From positions 2,226 through 66,225 of the forward strand of contig CAZVMM010000009.1 in the NCBI GenBank assembly GCA_964628205.1: DNA of 64,000 bases, written 5' to 3'. The notes under the pieces are model-generated. The model was not told where the DNA came from. It made no database searches and was given only the letters and a program-made list of their open reading frames with translations. Source of the DNA: an uncultured Muribaculaceae bacterium (GTDB lineage Bacteria > Bacteroidota > Bacteroidia > Bacteroidales > Muribaculaceae). A program made the position numbers and the translations under genes. Positions 39,883 to 52,485 of this stretch are shown piece after piece; the first letter of the stretch is position 1, and the number at the start of each line of letters is the position of its first letter.

Positions 39883-42800
39883 CTCTTCTGTTACGGGTAA
39901 CGGTGGGTTGGTCTATCGCGTCATTGCTGGTGGAGTTGCTGCCGTCTGTTGGGTTCGCAATCATCTCGTCGGTCGCTTGGATGGCATCGAGGGCACTCTC
40001 CTGTAGCTTGAGGGCTGCCTTACGGGCCTTCTCGAGGGAGTCGCGCAGCAAGTATTCGCGTGAGTGCTTGAACCTGAATAGATGTTTCAGGTTATTGAGT
40101 TTGTGCTTGAGCACGTAGGCAATGCCAGTCTCGGTCACCTGGCCCTCGAGCACGTTTTCGTAGCCAGCATGACGGTACAGCTTCAGGTACCTGTTGCCCT
40201 TGTCATTGAGGAAGTATTCCAGCGAAACGTCATTAAACAAGTTGCTGGCAATATCCTCATCTTCGCGCACCTCAGTGCTGTATTCACCACCCACCACAAT
40301 CTTGAAGCGGTCGTTGAACAAGGACTTAGCCAAGCGATAACTGTAACTCGTCTCCGTTCCGCTGAGTGACCTCTGATACTGATTAATGCCGAATGACAGG
40401 TCGATACCTGGCAGTGTCTGAGCAGCCCAAGCGTTGAGTTTGGATTGCAGGAACGAGAACAGGGCGGCGGAGGCCGATAGGTTGTTGATGTTGCCCATGC
40501 TGTTGGTTCCAGAGTAGGTGTTATACAGCAACAGGTTGATGGCCGCCTGAGAGCGCTGGTTGTCGCTCATCGACTGGAGTTCGTTCTCTACTGCCATGTC
40601 GTTCTCGCACTTGAGGTCAAATCCCAAGTCGATGTTGTTGAGCGTACCCCCCACATTAGCGTCGATGAGGAATTCCACGGGGCGTGTTCCCTCGTCCTGG
40701 CTGGTGACACTGGTCTTGAGTCTCTCGGTGCCGTTGAGTTTGAGCTGAGGATTGAGCATGTCACCACTCCAGGTGATGCTGCTGCCGCTAGTGATGTTGA
40801 AGTTCTTCTGTGCGATCAGCGGCGGGCTGTAACGCAGATTGCCACTGGAAATCACGTAAGAGCCCGTCAGGTTATCACGTCCAGCGAAATCGATAGAGTA
40901 CTTGAGTCGGCCGCTACCATCTATTGAGGCGCGGTTCTGGCCATCCTCTGAAAGATAAACATTCACTTTAGCGCCCTCATTGACCTGGATATTGACCAAA
41001 ATGTCGGTAGCGCTGGCTCCACTTGCGGTTACCAGAACGGTGGGTGCGCTAGTGGTGTTATTGAAGTCGGTGAAGGTCACCATATTTTCGTCGACCGTGT
41101 TCGTCAGCTGGGTTATCTCATCCTTCATCACATAAGTGATGTTGGAACCGTTCAGCAGCGTGGCGTTAGCGCGTACGCTCATCATGTTACCATAGCTCTT
41201 GACCGTGGCATCGATGTCAGCAAGTCCCTTGCCGAACAACTCTGTGTAGTCATCCTGCTTGCTCTCCATGAACTGCACTTCTCGGCCACGGGCTTTGAGG
41301 TCGATAACCATATTGTTCATATCACGCAGGTCCACAATGCCGTTAACGACAACGGGGCTGAGGTTGGAACCAGTCAATCTGTAATCGTTAAACATGATGA
41401 CATTGCCGTCGATGGGGATGCGGTCGCCAGCCAACTTGAGCGAGCTGCCGTATCGTGGCAGATTGACTGCTGCCGAATCGGCAACCAGATAGCCATTGAC
41501 CTGAGGATTGTCGGTCGTGCCTGTTATCGACACATTGCCTACTGCGTAGCCATCGAGCCAAATGTAGTTACCGGGGATAAAGGCATTGGCACGCTCGAGC
41601 GGGAAGCGGTTGAAGGCGGCATTGAGCTTCAGGGGGGAATCGGCCGTCGCGTCATTGAGCGACCCCCTCAGGGTTACTGAAGGCTTGCCATCAAGGATCA
41701 GGTCGGCCGACAAGGTCGTTGTGGCCGTGACGGGATCCAGGTCGAAGTCGGCGTTGAGCGTCACGTCGCCCTCATACTTGCCGTCGAAATAGAAGTCCTT
41801 GATGTCGATAACACCATCGCCATCGGCATTTGTTCCATCCCAGTTCATGTCGATGTTGGCATTGACCGTGCCACTGGTGCGGTCAAGCATTGGCATGATA
41901 CGTGTCCATTCCTCCAGGCGCAAGTTATCGATATTGAGCAGTATGTTCTCAGTGCTGTCGCCAGGGATGCGGGTCGTGAGCAGCTTGACGCTGCTGCTGT
42001 CGCTGCTCAGGGTAAGGTCAGCATCTACCATTCGTCGGCGATAATCCACGTTGACGTGGTTATCTTCGTTGAAGGTCCAATTCCGATATCCAATGACGGG
42101 GTCCTTGCCAAACATGCGCATCTTCACCTCGCCATCAGTCAAGTGGGCATTGATGCCCAAGCGGTAACCGGTTTCCTGCTTGATATTCTGCTGATGGAGC
42201 ATGAAGTCGATAGCCTGCCCCTTGATGCCGCCATCGACGGTTACCTGGGCAAACTCATCCCATGTGCCAGGGCGGTTGCCCATGTGTGCAGTGAAAGCGA
42301 GGTATTTGTTATTCAGCTCCTGGGCCTTGATGGTGATGGAGTCGATGGTGGTTTCTCCAGCACTGATGCCCAGGGCCCTGCCATTGAGCACAAAGGTGGT
42401 GTCGCGACTCATCTCGCAGCTCACATGACGGAAATCCACCTCCTGCTGCTGCAAGTATCGCTGAACGATACCATCAGCCCCCATGTGCATATCAAGGTCA
42501 AACCTCGGCATGGGTTCCTTGAGGCGCTCGACATCAATCCAGCGGGCCTCGTATTGCCGCTTCACCTCGTCCAGCGTGTTCTGGAAGTCTGTGATCAGGG
42601 TCATCACGGGACTCGGTGAGTTCAGATGGACGTAATTGTCCTCGTTTTCGACCGTAAGGCAGGTAAACCACGGAGTGCTATGGAGCGAAGCCCTGGCATC
42701 ATCAGCCACAATAAGGCTGCTATCCAGGCGCCAATCGATATCCTTCAGGGTCAAATCGGCAATCCATTCCTGGGTGCGGAGGTTGATGTCGCCCTCGGCA

Positions 42801-44797
42801 TGCAGGCGTGTGGAACCGTCACACTGGCCGTCATACATCCCCAAGCGCTTCAAGTCCAGGTCTCGCACGTTGCCGTCGGCCGTGAACACGTAGTGGTCGT
42901 TGCAAATCGTGCCGTGGGCATTGGCATCAAAATCACAGCCACGGTTAGCGCTCTGGGCATACACGTCGGCGTATCCACCGCGCAGCTTGCCTCGGGCCTT
43001 GATATTTCCAAACTGGGTGCCGTTGTAGCGAACGTGAGCCAGGTTGACGGTAGCATCGGTCCAGGTGGAGCCGCAATCGGTGAAGTCAAAGCCATGACCA
43101 CGCGCGTTGACGCTGGCGGTGAGGTTTTTCACGTCATATTTTGGTAGGAACGACTTGACGGGGAAGTTATTGAAGCTAGCATCCACGTCATAGTTCTCGT
43201 TGCAGACGTCATAGTAGCCATCGCCCCGCATCGATCCCCCACCCGTCGAGACGCGCAGGTTGCGGGCCACCCATCGGCAGCCCTCCTTGTTGATTTTACC
43301 GCTGAGCTTCATCGGCGGGAGTTTCACGTCATCAAGACCCAGCATCTTGTTGAGCACGCTGGGGTCACGCAGGTCGACTTCGGTGTCGAGGTCAGCCTTC
43401 ATGCGATCCATGTCGGTGGGATTGTAGATGGTGCCCTTGCCCTTGACGCGGCCCAAGCCAGGTACATCGGCATCGAGCGACTGGATATCGACGCGCTTGT
43501 CGTTACCTCGGGCTTTGGCCTTGATGCGCACGGGCTTGTTGTGCGGAATGTCCTTAAGGGCTTTGCGGGCCTCGGGAACCAGTTTTTCGACCTCGTTCAG
43601 ATCAATTTTGCTGTCGGTATCGATGGTGGCCTTGCCGTTGGGCTTGCCATCGAGCATATCCTGGTCGACATGGGCATCAAGCTTGATGTCGCTGCCCTTG
43701 GTCTTGAGCTTCATGTCGTTGAGGTCCAATCCGTTATTGTTCTTGTTGACGGTACCGCTGGCATCCTTAACCTGCAGGCCGCTGCGTTCCTTGCCGCTGA
43801 GGTGCTTGACGGGCACCTTGAGGTGGTCGCCATCCATCTCGAAGTTGTCGACCGCCGCATTCACGTCATCGACCTCGATATTTTTGTGATCAAGCGTTGT
43901 GCCGGGTTTATTGGGTTTGTGTCCGGTCTCGGAATATTTGCCCTTGCTGTCAGTCAGACGCACCTTGTCGGCCTTGACCTTCCAGGGCTTATCGTCGCCC
44001 TCGCCAGCAGGAGCCTCCTTGGGCATCGGGTGGTCCTTGCGGTACTGCTTAGCATCTTTTTCGCTAGGATACTGGTAATCCACATCGGCTTTATCGACAT
44101 CGAGTTCGCCCACGTCCACCGTCTTATCGCCGGTATCCACCTTCACGTTCTTGGCTTCGGCATGGCCCACCTTAGCATCAAGTTTGTCGACGGTGGGTTT
44201 CATGTCCATCTTGAAATCCACATCGTCGGCGGTGACCTTGTTCGCGTTGACCTTCCATGGCTTACTAGGCTTCTCGTTGGGGTCGGGTTTCTTTTTCTCG
44301 GGCTTGTAGCTCATTTTGGCCTTACCGCCCCTGAGCGAGGCATTGCCCACGTCGACCTTATTGTTATTGAGGTCCACGTTAGCCGCATCCACCTTGGCCT
44401 CGTCGACATCTACATCCAAGTCCATCGACCCGTCCTCGGTCTTGATCTGGCTCTTGGCGCCCTTGAGCGAGACGTTGTCGGCTTCCACTTTTTTGTCCAG
44501 CAGAGGTTTAGGCTTCACGTTAGCCTTTACCTCATCGGCCTTGAAGAGGGTGTCGCCATTCTGGTCAATGACCTGCACGTCGGTAGCGCTCACGTCGAGC
44601 GGGAAACCGACCCTGACATCCCCCACGCTGATGTCCATGCCCGTCTTTTTGCTGGCATACTCAGCAGCCAAATCTGCGGCCTTGTTTTGGACCCAAGGGA
44701 TATAGGCGGCAAAGGGCAGCGCCGCCACCACGCCCAGCAGACCGGTGCCCACCCAGGCAGCGATCTTGGAGAACATATTTCCCTTTTTACCAAACAT
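39863..44797 (-). CDS. tamB: translocation and assembly module protein TamB (DUF490/AsmA-like)
   Basis: 1644 aa with an N-terminal TM anchor (IAAWVGTGLLGVVAALPFAAYI), a long beta-rich body and a DUF490-like C-terminus. Paired with the Omp85 gene. Confidence 0.85.
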   Translation of the reverse strand: MFGKKGNMFSKIAAWVGTGLLGVVAALPFAAYIPWVQNKAADLAAEYASKKTGMDISVGDVRVGFPLDVSATDVQVIDQNGDTLFKADEVKANVKPKPLLDKKVEADNVSLKGAKSQIKTEDGSMDLDVDVDEAKVDAANVDLNNNKVDVGNASLRGGKAKMSYKPEKKKPDPNEKPSKPWKVNANKVTADDVDFKMDMKPTVDKLDAKVGHAEAKNVKVDTGDKTVDVGELDVDKADVDYQYPSEKDAKQYRKDHPMPKEAPAGEGDDKPWKVKADKVRLTDSKGKYSETGHKPNKPGTTLDHKNIEVDDVNAAVDNFEMDGDHLKVPVKHLSGKERSGLQVKDASGTVNKNNNGLDLNDMKLKTKGSDIKLDAHVDQDMLDGKPNGKATIDTDSKIDLNEVEKLVPEARKALKDIPHNKPVRIKAKARGNDKRVDIQSLDADVPGLGRVKGKGTIYNPTDMDRMKADLDTEVDLRDPSVLNKMLGLDDVKLPPMKLSGKINKEGCRWVARNLRVSTGGGSMRGDGYYDVCNENYDVDASFNNFPVKSFLPKYDVKNLTASVNARGHGFDFTDCGSTWTDATVNLAHVRYNGTQFGNIKARGKLRGGYADVYAQSANRGCDFDANAHGTICNDHYVFTADGNVRDLDLKRLGMYDGQCDGSTRLHAEGDINLRTQEWIADLTLKDIDWRLDSSLIVADDARASLHSTPWFTCLTVENEDNYVHLNSPSPVMTLITDFQNTLDEVKRQYEARWIDVERLKEPMPRFDLDMHMGADGIVQRYLQQQEVDFRHVSCEMSRDTTFVLNGRALGISAGETTIDSITIKAQELNNKYLAFTAHMGNRPGTWDEFAQVTVDGGIKGQAIDFMLHQQNIKQETGYRLGINAHLTDGEVKMRMFGKDPVIGYRNWTFNEDNHVNVDYRRRMVDADLTLSSDSSSVKLLTTRIPGDSTENILLNIDNLRLEEWTRIMPMLDRTSGTVNANIDMNWDGTNADGDGVIDIKDFYFDGKYEGDVTLNADFDLDPVTATTTLSADLILDGKPSVTLRGSLNDATADSPLKLNAAFNRFPLERANAFIPGNYIWLDGYAVGNVSITGTTDNPQVNGYLVADSAAVNLPRYGSSLKLAGDRIPIDGNVIMFNDYRLTGSNLSPVVVNGIVDLRDMNNMVIDLKARGREVQFMESKQDDYTELFGKGLADIDATVKSYGNMMSVRANATLLNGSNITYVMKDEITQLTNTVDENMVTFTDFNNTTSAPTVLVTASGASATDILVNIQVNEGAKVNVYLSEDGQNRASIDGSGRLKYSIDFAGRDNLTGSYVISSGNLRYSPPLIAQKNFNITSGSSITWSGDMLNPQLKLNGTERLKTSVTSQDEGTRPVEFLIDANVGGTLNNIDLGFDLKCENDMAVENELQSMSDNQRSQAAINLLLYNTYSGTNSMGNINNLSASAALFSFLQSKLNAWAAQTLPGIDLSFGINQYQRSLSGTETSYSYRLAKSLFNDRFKIVVGGEYSTEVREDEDIASNLFNDVSLEYFLNDKGNRYLKLYRHAGYENVLEGQVTETGIAYVLKHKLNNLKHLFRFKHSREYLLRDSLEKARKAALKLQESALDAIQATDEMIANPTDGSNSTSNDAIDQPTVTRNRRDESEQH

Positions 44798-44851
44798 TTC
44801 CGCTCGTCAGTTATTCATTGCGCCACGACGGCGACAATTCTTTATAACCCA

Positions 44852-44859
44852 CAAAGATA
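44852..44859 (-). promoter_or_regulatory. -7 box TATCTTTG for tamB-tamA
   Basis: CAAAGATA on the + strand, 55 nt upstream of ATG 44797. Confidence 0.45.
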
Positions 44860-44965
44860 CTAAACTTTTGGACTTTACGAGCAAAAACACGCTGATTTTT
44901 GGGACCGAAGCGTAAAAATCTCATTTTACGAACCACTATAATTTCCAGTCAAGCACAAAACAAGT

Positions 44966-45014
44966 GCCGCCAAGTCGCAAAGTTTTTCAAATTCTTGCTT
45001 TGCGGCTTGGCGGC
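44966..45014 (-). terminator. terminator hairpin after glgP
   Basis: 17-bp stem GCCGCCAAGTCGCAAAG/CTTTGCGGCTTGGCGGC with one mismatch (A-C on minus, G-U on plus). Followed on the minus strand by ACTTGTTTTG. Confidence 0.55.
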
Positions 45015-45066
45015 TAGGCGAGGCGGGTGTGAATCCCCGGGGGGAGATCACCAACCCCTCAATGGT

Positions 45067-47619
45067 TTAGAACCACTTGATGTAAGCAAAGTCCTGACGG
45101 TGAGGCAGAAGGTCGTTCCAGGGATATGCGCGGTAAGCGTACCTGAACATGCCGTTCTCGTGGAAGGGCACCTTGCAGTTGAAGGTCAGAATGTTGCCGT
45201 CCTCGGCTACTACCTCGAGAGGCTCAGCACGATAGAACATGGTCTGGCCGTCTTCCACCTTGTAGACCACGAGTTCGAGCTTGACGTCTCGTCCCAGGCC
45301 TGCGGTGTCGAGGCGCATGGTGACCTCGATGTCCGCCTGGCCGTTGGCGATTGCTTCACGGTTACCCATGATGTCTCCCACGAGGTGCACGTCGTCCCAG
45401 TGAGCGGCAACATTTTCTTTCCATGCCACAATCTGCTTGGCTTGGGCATAGTCGTCGGCCATCAGGCGATGGGCCCGTTCGGTCTGCGGGCAATAGAACT
45501 TCTCAAAATAGTCGCGCATCATGCGTGACATGGTGTAGTTGGGCGCGATGTGGCAGATGGAGTTCTTGATGTACTGAACCCACTCCGGCGAGTAGCCCTT
45601 GCTGTTCTTGGCGAAGTAGAGGGGGATGATCTCGTTCTCGAGCATCGAGTAGATGGTGGCCGAGTCGAGTTTGTCCTGCTGCTCCTGGTCGGTGTAGGTG
45701 CGCTTGCTGGTGAGAGCCCAGCCGGCGCCTTCGCGATAACCCTCATACCACCAGCCATCGAGCACCGAGAAGTTGAGCAGGCCGTTCATCTCGGCCTTCT
45801 CGCCCGAGGTTCCCGAAGCCTCGAGGGGTCGTGTGGGGGTGTTGAGCCACACGTCAACGCCGGTGATCAGGCGCTTGGACAGCGTCATGTCGTAGTTTTC
45901 GAGGAAGATGATCTTGCCCAGGAACTCGGGCATCTTGCTGATCTCGATGATGCGCTTGATGAGGCCCTGGCCGGCGCCATCGGCCGGGTGGGCCTTGCCG
46001 GCGAAGATGAATTGCACGGGATAGCGCTCGTTGTTCACGATCTTGCTCAGGCGGTTCAGGTCGTTGAAGAGCAGATAGGCACGCTTGTAGGTGGCAAAGC
46101 GGCGGGCGAAGCCGATGAGCAACGCGTCGGGGTTGATCTTCTCGACGATGCTGGTGATGCGTGTGGGATCGCCCTGGTTCTTGAGCCAGTTCTCCTTGAA
46201 GTCGCGCTTGACGAAGCGGATGAACTTCTGCTTGAGCGTCATGCGCATCTTCCAGATATCCTCGTCGGGGACGTGCATCAGCGGGGCCCAAGTCGACTCA
46301 TTCTCCTGGTGCTCCATGAAGTCATCGCCCAGCACCTGCTTATAGAACACCTTCCACTCGCTGGCAGCCCAGGTGGGCATGTGCACGCCATTGGTGACGT
46401 ATCCCACGTGTGACTCCTCGGGGGCATATCCCTTCCAGATGCCGGCAAACATCTTCTTGGACACCTCGCCGTGTAGCCAGCTCACGCCGTTGCTCTCCTG
46501 GGTGGTGTTCAGGGCGAAGGTGCTCATGCAGAAGCGCTCTCCCGATCCGGGATTCTCACGGCCCATGTCCATGAGTTCCTGCCAGGTGATGCCAAGCTTC
46601 TCGGGATAGCTGCCCATGTACTTGCCGAAGAGTTCCTCGTCGAAGTAGTCGTGGCCTGCCGGCACGGGGGTGTGCACGGTGTAGAGCGACGTGGCGCGCA
46701 CGATCTCGAGGGCCTGGTTGAAGCTCATGCCCTCCTGCTGCACATAGTCTACCAGGCGCTGCAGGTTGAGCAGGGCGGCGTGACCCTCGTTGCAGTGATA
46801 GATGTCGGCCTTGATGCCCAGGCGCTTGAGCAGCAGCACGCCGCCGATGCCCAGCAGGTATTCCTGCTTGATGCGGTTCTCCCAGTCGCCCCCATAGAGC
46901 TTGTGGGTGATCTCGCGGTCATACTCGCTGTTGAGGTCCATGTCGGTGTCGAGCAGATAGAGGGTGACACGGCCCACATTGGCCTTCCACACGTTGGCAT
47001 AGATGGTGCGTCCCGGGTAAGGCACCTCGTGAACGAGCTGCATGCCCTTGTCGTCGAGCACGGGCTCGATGGGCAGCTGGTGGAAGTTCTGGGCCTCGTA
47101 GTTGGCGATCTGCTGGCCGTCCATCGAGAGGGTCTGGGTGAAATAGCCATACCTGTAGAGGAAGCCCACGGCGGTCATGTTGATGCAGCGGTCGCTGGCC
47201 TCCTTGACATAGTCACCTGCCAGGATGCCCAGGCCTCCAGAATAGATCTTGAGGGCATTGCACAGGCCGTACTCCATGCAGAAGTAGGCGATTGACGGCA
47301 TATCGGTGCGCAGGGGCTTCTTCATGTACTGCTGATAGACGTCATAGGTGCTTTCGATGCGGGCCATCAGGGCGGCATCGTTCTGGATGGCGTCAATCTT
47401 GTCGTTAGAGAGGCGCTGCAGCAGCTTCACGGGGTTCTCGCTTGTGGCACGCCACGTGTCGCGGTCCAGGTCGTGAAACAGGGTCTTGCCCTCGACGTTC
47501 CACGCCCACCACAGGTTGCGGGACAGCTCGTTGAGCTTCTTGAGCTTTCCGGGCAGCTCCGACTTCACGGTGATATTCCTCCACTGAGGCTCATTGCTGT
47601 TGCTGACTTGAAATTTCAT
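45067..47619 (-). CDS. glgP: alpha-glucan (glycogen/maltodextrin) phosphorylase, GT35
   Basis: ATG 47619 ([13 protein letters not shown]...). Motif YFCMEYGL...[10 protein letters not shown] and the pyridoxal-phosphate lysine region [14 protein letters not shown]. The upstream extension in the track overlaps the synthase gene. Confidence 0.92.
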   Translation of the reverse strand: MKFQVSNSNEPQWRNITVKSELPGKLKKLNELSRNLWWAWNVEGKTLFHDLDRDTWRATSENPVKLLQRLSNDKIDAIQNDAALMARIESTYDVYQQYMKKPLRTDMPSIAYFCMEYGLCNALKIYSGGLGILAGDYVKEASDRCINMTAVGFLYRYGYFTQTLSMDGQQIANYEAQNFHQLPIEPVLDDKGMQLVHEVPYPGRTIYANVWKANVGRVTLYLLDTDMDLNSEYDREITHKLYGGDWENRIKQEYLLGIGGVLLLKRLGIKADIYHCNEGHAALLNLQRLVDYVQQEGMSFNQALEIVRATSLYTVHTPVPAGHDYFDEELFGKYMGSYPEKLGITWQELMDMGRENPGSGERFCMSTFALNTTQESNGVSWLHGEVSKKMFAGIWKGYAPEESHVGYVTNGVHMPTWAASEWKVFYKQVLGDDFMEHQENESTWAPLMHVPDEDIWKMRMTLKQKFIRFVKRDFKENWLKNQGDPTRITSIVEKINPDALLIGFARRFATYKRAYLLFNDLNRLSKIVNNERYPVQFIFAGKAHPADGAGQGLIKRIIEISKMPEFLGKIIFLENYDMTLSKRLITGVDVWLNTPTRPLEASGTSGEKAEMNGLLNFSVLDGWWYEGYREGAGWALTSKRTYTDQEQQDKLDSATIYSMLENEIIPLYFAKNSKGYSPEWVQYIKNSICHIAPNYTMSRMMRDYFEKFYCPQTERAHRLMADDYAQAKQIVAWKENVAAHWDDVHLVGDIMGNREAIANGQADIEVTMRLDTAGLGRDVKLELVVYKVEDGQTMFYRAEPLEVVAEDGNILTFNCKVPFHENGMFRYAYRAYPWNDLLPHRQDFAYIKWF

Positions 47620-47656
47620 AATTGATCTGTTATAGTTTGATGATTCTGGTTTCTTG

Positions 47657-49315
47657 TTATGATGACTGCTGGCGGCGCTCTGCCTGCTCCAGGGCCTGGC
47701 GATAGGCCTCGTCATAGTACTTGATGAAGTTGTCCCACGAGGCCGCCTTGCTGGTCTTGCGGGCATTGCGGCTCACGGCCTGTGCCTGCCGGTGGTCCAT
47801 CAGGTACAAGTTGATGAGGCTCGAGGCGATGGCCTGCCGGGTCTCGTGGTAGTTGCTGTCGGTGCGGTGCAGCACCTTCACGCCCGTCAGGTCGCTGTCG
47901 CTGCCGATGGCGTCGAGCACCCACTGGCCGAAGCCCGCCAGGTCGGTCGTGATTGTGGGCACGCCGTGGGCGGCGCTCTCGAGCGGGGTGTAGCCCCAGG
48001 GCTCGTAATAGGACGGGAACACGGCGGCATCCAGGCCGGGCAGCAGGTCGTAATAGGTCATGCCGTAGATGCCGTCCTGGCCGTCGAGGTAACAGGGCAC
48101 GTCGATGACGGTGACCTTGTCGTGGCCCTCGTTGTGGAAGGCCAGGGCGTTGATGCGGTTATACACCGGGTCGCTCTCGGCGTTGTGCAGGTTGTGGGTG
48201 ATGACGGGGTCGAACAGGCGCCTTCCTGCCGTGTGGCCCGTCTGCAGGGCGCCCGCCAGGTCGGCCCGGGGCGACTGCATCCACGCGGGGACGAGCACCA
48301 TGGCCACGACGCGCCGGCGCTTGCTGGTCACGCACTCCAGCGAGTCCCTGAGCGTGGACAGGGCGTCGAGATACACGTCGATGCCCTTGTTGCGCATCTC
48401 GAGGCGCCCCGATGTGGCCACGAGCATCGTGTCGTCGGCATAGGGGATGCCCGTCAAGGCACTGGCCACCTGCAACATGCGCTGTCGCGCCGCAGCACGC
48501 TGGGCCGTGAACTTCGCCCCCTTGGGCACATAGTTCTGCTCGAAGGCGTTAGGCGTGACCAGGGGCATGCGCTCCAGCAGCTGGCGGCACTCGCGGGCGG
48601 TGACGTCGCTCACGGTGGTAAAGGCGTCGGCAGCCTGTGCCGCGGCCTTCTCGAGGGAGTGCTTGGACTGCATGTTGAGCTCGCCGGCCATCTGGTCGCC
48701 GTGGTAGCCCGGCAGGTAGTCATACAGGGGCTTGCCGTTGCCGCAGATGCTGCGCCCCACGCACGTGGCGTGGGTGGTGAACACGGTCGCCACCGCGGGC
48801 AGGTGGGCCCTGACGTGGAGCAGCCCCATGCCGGTGGTCCACTCGTCGAAGTGGGCCACCACCCTGATCCCGGGCCGCGACTTCCACGCGACGATGCTCT
48901 CGATGACCAGCGCGGCGGCATAGGCAAACATGCACGACTCGTCATAGTCGCCATAGCCGTGCAGGGAGTCTACGCGGAAGCGGCGCCACATGTCGCCGTA
49001 GAGGGCGTCACGGTAGGGGTAGAGCGTGTCGAACGACACCAGCACGGCCACGGGCCGCCCGGGCACGTCCCAGCGCCCTGCCCTCACCCTCATGCCACTG
49101 GGCAGCTGGGCCTGGGCCAGCCAGGGGGCCAGGGGCGTCTTGCCCTCGACAAACGAGGGCGACGGCCGCTCGGCCGTCCACAGGTCGGGGCCGATAAATA
49201 TCAGCTTGTCTCCGTATCGCCGATGCAGGGTCTTGGCCTTGGTGGAGAGAACGGCGTAGATGCCTCCCACCTTATTGCACACTTCCCAACTGGTTTCAAA
49301 CAGTAAGTCCAACAT
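47657..49315 (-). CDS. glycogen synthase, GT3 (eukaryote-like) type
   Basis: ATG 49315 gives [27 protein letters not shown], the GT3 glycogen-synthase N-terminal signature. It lies 32 nt downstream of a TACCTTTG -7 box. Confidence 0.9.
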   Translation of the reverse strand: MLDLLFETSWEVCNKVGGIYAVLSTKAKTLHRRYGDKLIFIGPDLWTAERPSPSFVEGKTPLAPWLAQAQLPSGMRVRAGRWDVPGRPVAVLVSFDTLYPYRDALYGDMWRRFRVDSLHGYGDYDESCMFAYAAALVIESIVAWKSRPGIRVVAHFDEWTTGMGLLHVRAHLPAVATVFTTHATCVGRSICGNGKPLYDYLPGYHGDQMAGELNMQSKHSLEKAAAQAADAFTTVSDVTARECRQLLERMPLVTPNAFEQNYVPKGAKFTAQRAAARQRMLQVASALTGIPYADDTMLVATSGRLEMRNKGIDVYLDALSTLRDSLECVTSKRRRVVAMVLVPAWMQSPRADLAGALQTGHTAGRRLFDPVITHNLHNAESDPVYNRINALAFHNEGHDKVTVIDVPCYLDGQDGIYGMTYYDLLPGLDAAVFPSYYEPWGYTPLESAAHGVPTITTDLAGFGQWVLDAIGSDSDLTGVKVLHRTDSNYHETRQAIASSLINLYLMDHRQAQAVSRNARKTSKAASWDNFIKYYDEAYRQALEQAERRQQSS

Positions 49316-49346
49316 GAGTTTTACTATAAGACTGAAAATTTGGGCA

Positions 49347-49354
49347 CAAAGGTA
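49347..49354 (-). promoter_or_regulatory. -7 box TACCTTTG for the glycogen synthase-phosphorylase operon
   Basis: CAAAGGTA on the + strand, 32 nt upstream of ATG 49315. Confidence 0.55.
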
Positions 49355-49510
49355 CAAAAAAATCCTCAAATTTCCCCCATTTTTAGTGAATAATCAGTTA
49401 CTGGCAATGCAAACGATTACTCAAAGACACCCTAATAGCACACCATAGCCAGCTTATGGACGAAATCACGTGAATGTCAAAAAAGAATGAACAAAACCCC
49501 AAAAAAAACA

Positions 49511-49558
49511 GTGATGAAAAAAAGTAGTGGCACATAGCCCCAAACGGCCACATGCCAC
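49511..49558 (-). terminator. rho-independent terminator of dnaK
   Basis: Minus-strand RNA GUGGCAUGUGGCC-GUUUGG-GGCUAUGUGCCAC (13 bp including 3 G-U pairs) followed by UACUUUUUUU. Lies 26 nt after the stop. Confidence 0.7.
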
Positions 49559-49583
49559 CACATGAATTATTCACTTTTAATAC

Positions 49584-51518
<1,935 letters not shown>

Positions 51519-51785
51519 AATTAAATCTCTCTTTCTGTTTTTGTTTTTATTGTTTGTGTTTAATTTTGTTGACTGAATCTAGTTGTTAGCCATTGGTCGG
51601 CTAAAACCTACAGGCTCATGTGCAAACGGTGTGCCAAAGCCGGCAGCGTGACACATTGTCAGCCATCTTGTCAGTAGGGTGGCAGAATTAGGCTTCAGGT
51701 TTTAGGTTTTAGCTGCTCACTCCACAAAAAGTACTTTTTGTCAAGATTTTCTTGAAATCTGCCATTGGTTTGCCGCTTTTTTTTC

Positions 51786-51793
51786 TACCTTTG
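51786..51793 (+). promoter_or_regulatory. -7 box TACCTTTG for udk-lptB
   Basis: Exact match 69 nt upstream of ATG 51862. Confidence 0.5.
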
Positions 51794-51861
51794 TGTGTTT
51801 GAATCGTGACAGCTGTTCACGAGATCTCATTTACAATGAACGCTAAAAAGAGACTAATGTT

Positions 51862-52485
51862 ATGATTATCATCGGTATTGCCGGCGGTACCGGCTCAGGT
51901 AAAACCACTGTGGTCCGCAAGATTATGGAACGCCTGCCCGAGGGCGAAGTGGGTGTGATTTCACAGGACTCCTATTACAAGGACTCGAGCCACGTCCCCG
52001 TGGAGGAGCGTCAGAACATCAACTTCGACGAGCCTGCGGCCTTTGACTGGAATCTGCTGCTCGAGCACGTGAAGATGCTCAAGCGTGGCGAGTCCATCGA
52101 GATGCCCACGTACAGCTATCTGACCTGTTCTCGCCAGAAGGAGACCGTGCCGATGGGTCCTCACGACGTGGTGCTCATCGAGGGCATCATGGCGCTGAGT
52201 GATCCCCGATTGAGGAAGATGATGGACATCAAGGTGTTTGTCGACGCCGACGGTGACGACCGCCTGATCCGCGTCATCTCCCGCGACTGCATCGAGCGGG
52301 GCCGCACTGCCGAGGCCGTCATCGAGCGCTACCAGCGCGTGCTCAAGCCCATGCACCAGCTGCACATCGAGCCGACCAAGAAGTTTGCCAACATCATCAT
52401 TCCCGAGGGCGGCAACAACGAGGTGGCCATCAACCTGATTACCGATTACATCAAGGGTCGCCTGACCATGAACAAGAAGAAATGA
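51862..52485 (+). CDS. udk: uridine kinase
   Basis: 207 aa. P-loop [12 protein letters not shown] and NFDEPAAFD. Confidence 0.95.
   Translation: MIIIGIAGGTGSGKTTVVRKIMERLPEGEVGVISQDSYYKDSSHVPVEERQNINFDEPAAFDWNLLLEHVKMLKRGESIEMPTYSYLTCSRQKETVPMGPHDVVLIEGIMALSDPRLRKMMDIKVFVDADGDDRLIRVISRDCIERGRTAEAVIERYQRVLKPMHQLHIEPTKKFANIIIPEGGNNEVAINLITDYIKGRLTMNKKK

Noticed and set aside
44899-45528. A 209-aa plus-strand ORF beginning in the glgP-tamB spacer.
   Set aside because: Two-thirds of it is antisense to the well-supported glgP C-terminus. The spacer part is explained by the glgP terminator hairpin (44966..45014) and the tamB promoter.
47620-47766. The N-terminal extension of the phosphorylase ORF (track start 47766). 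The same question applies to other long track starts (6318, 13983, 17653-, 31194, 31270, 36516, 49369).
   Set aside because: The extensions overlap the neighbouring gene or a promoter box. They use TTG starts or encode Arg/Pro/Ser-rich junk. Internal ATGs give canonical N-termini (signal peptides or family signatures) at sensible distances from TAnnTTTG boxes.
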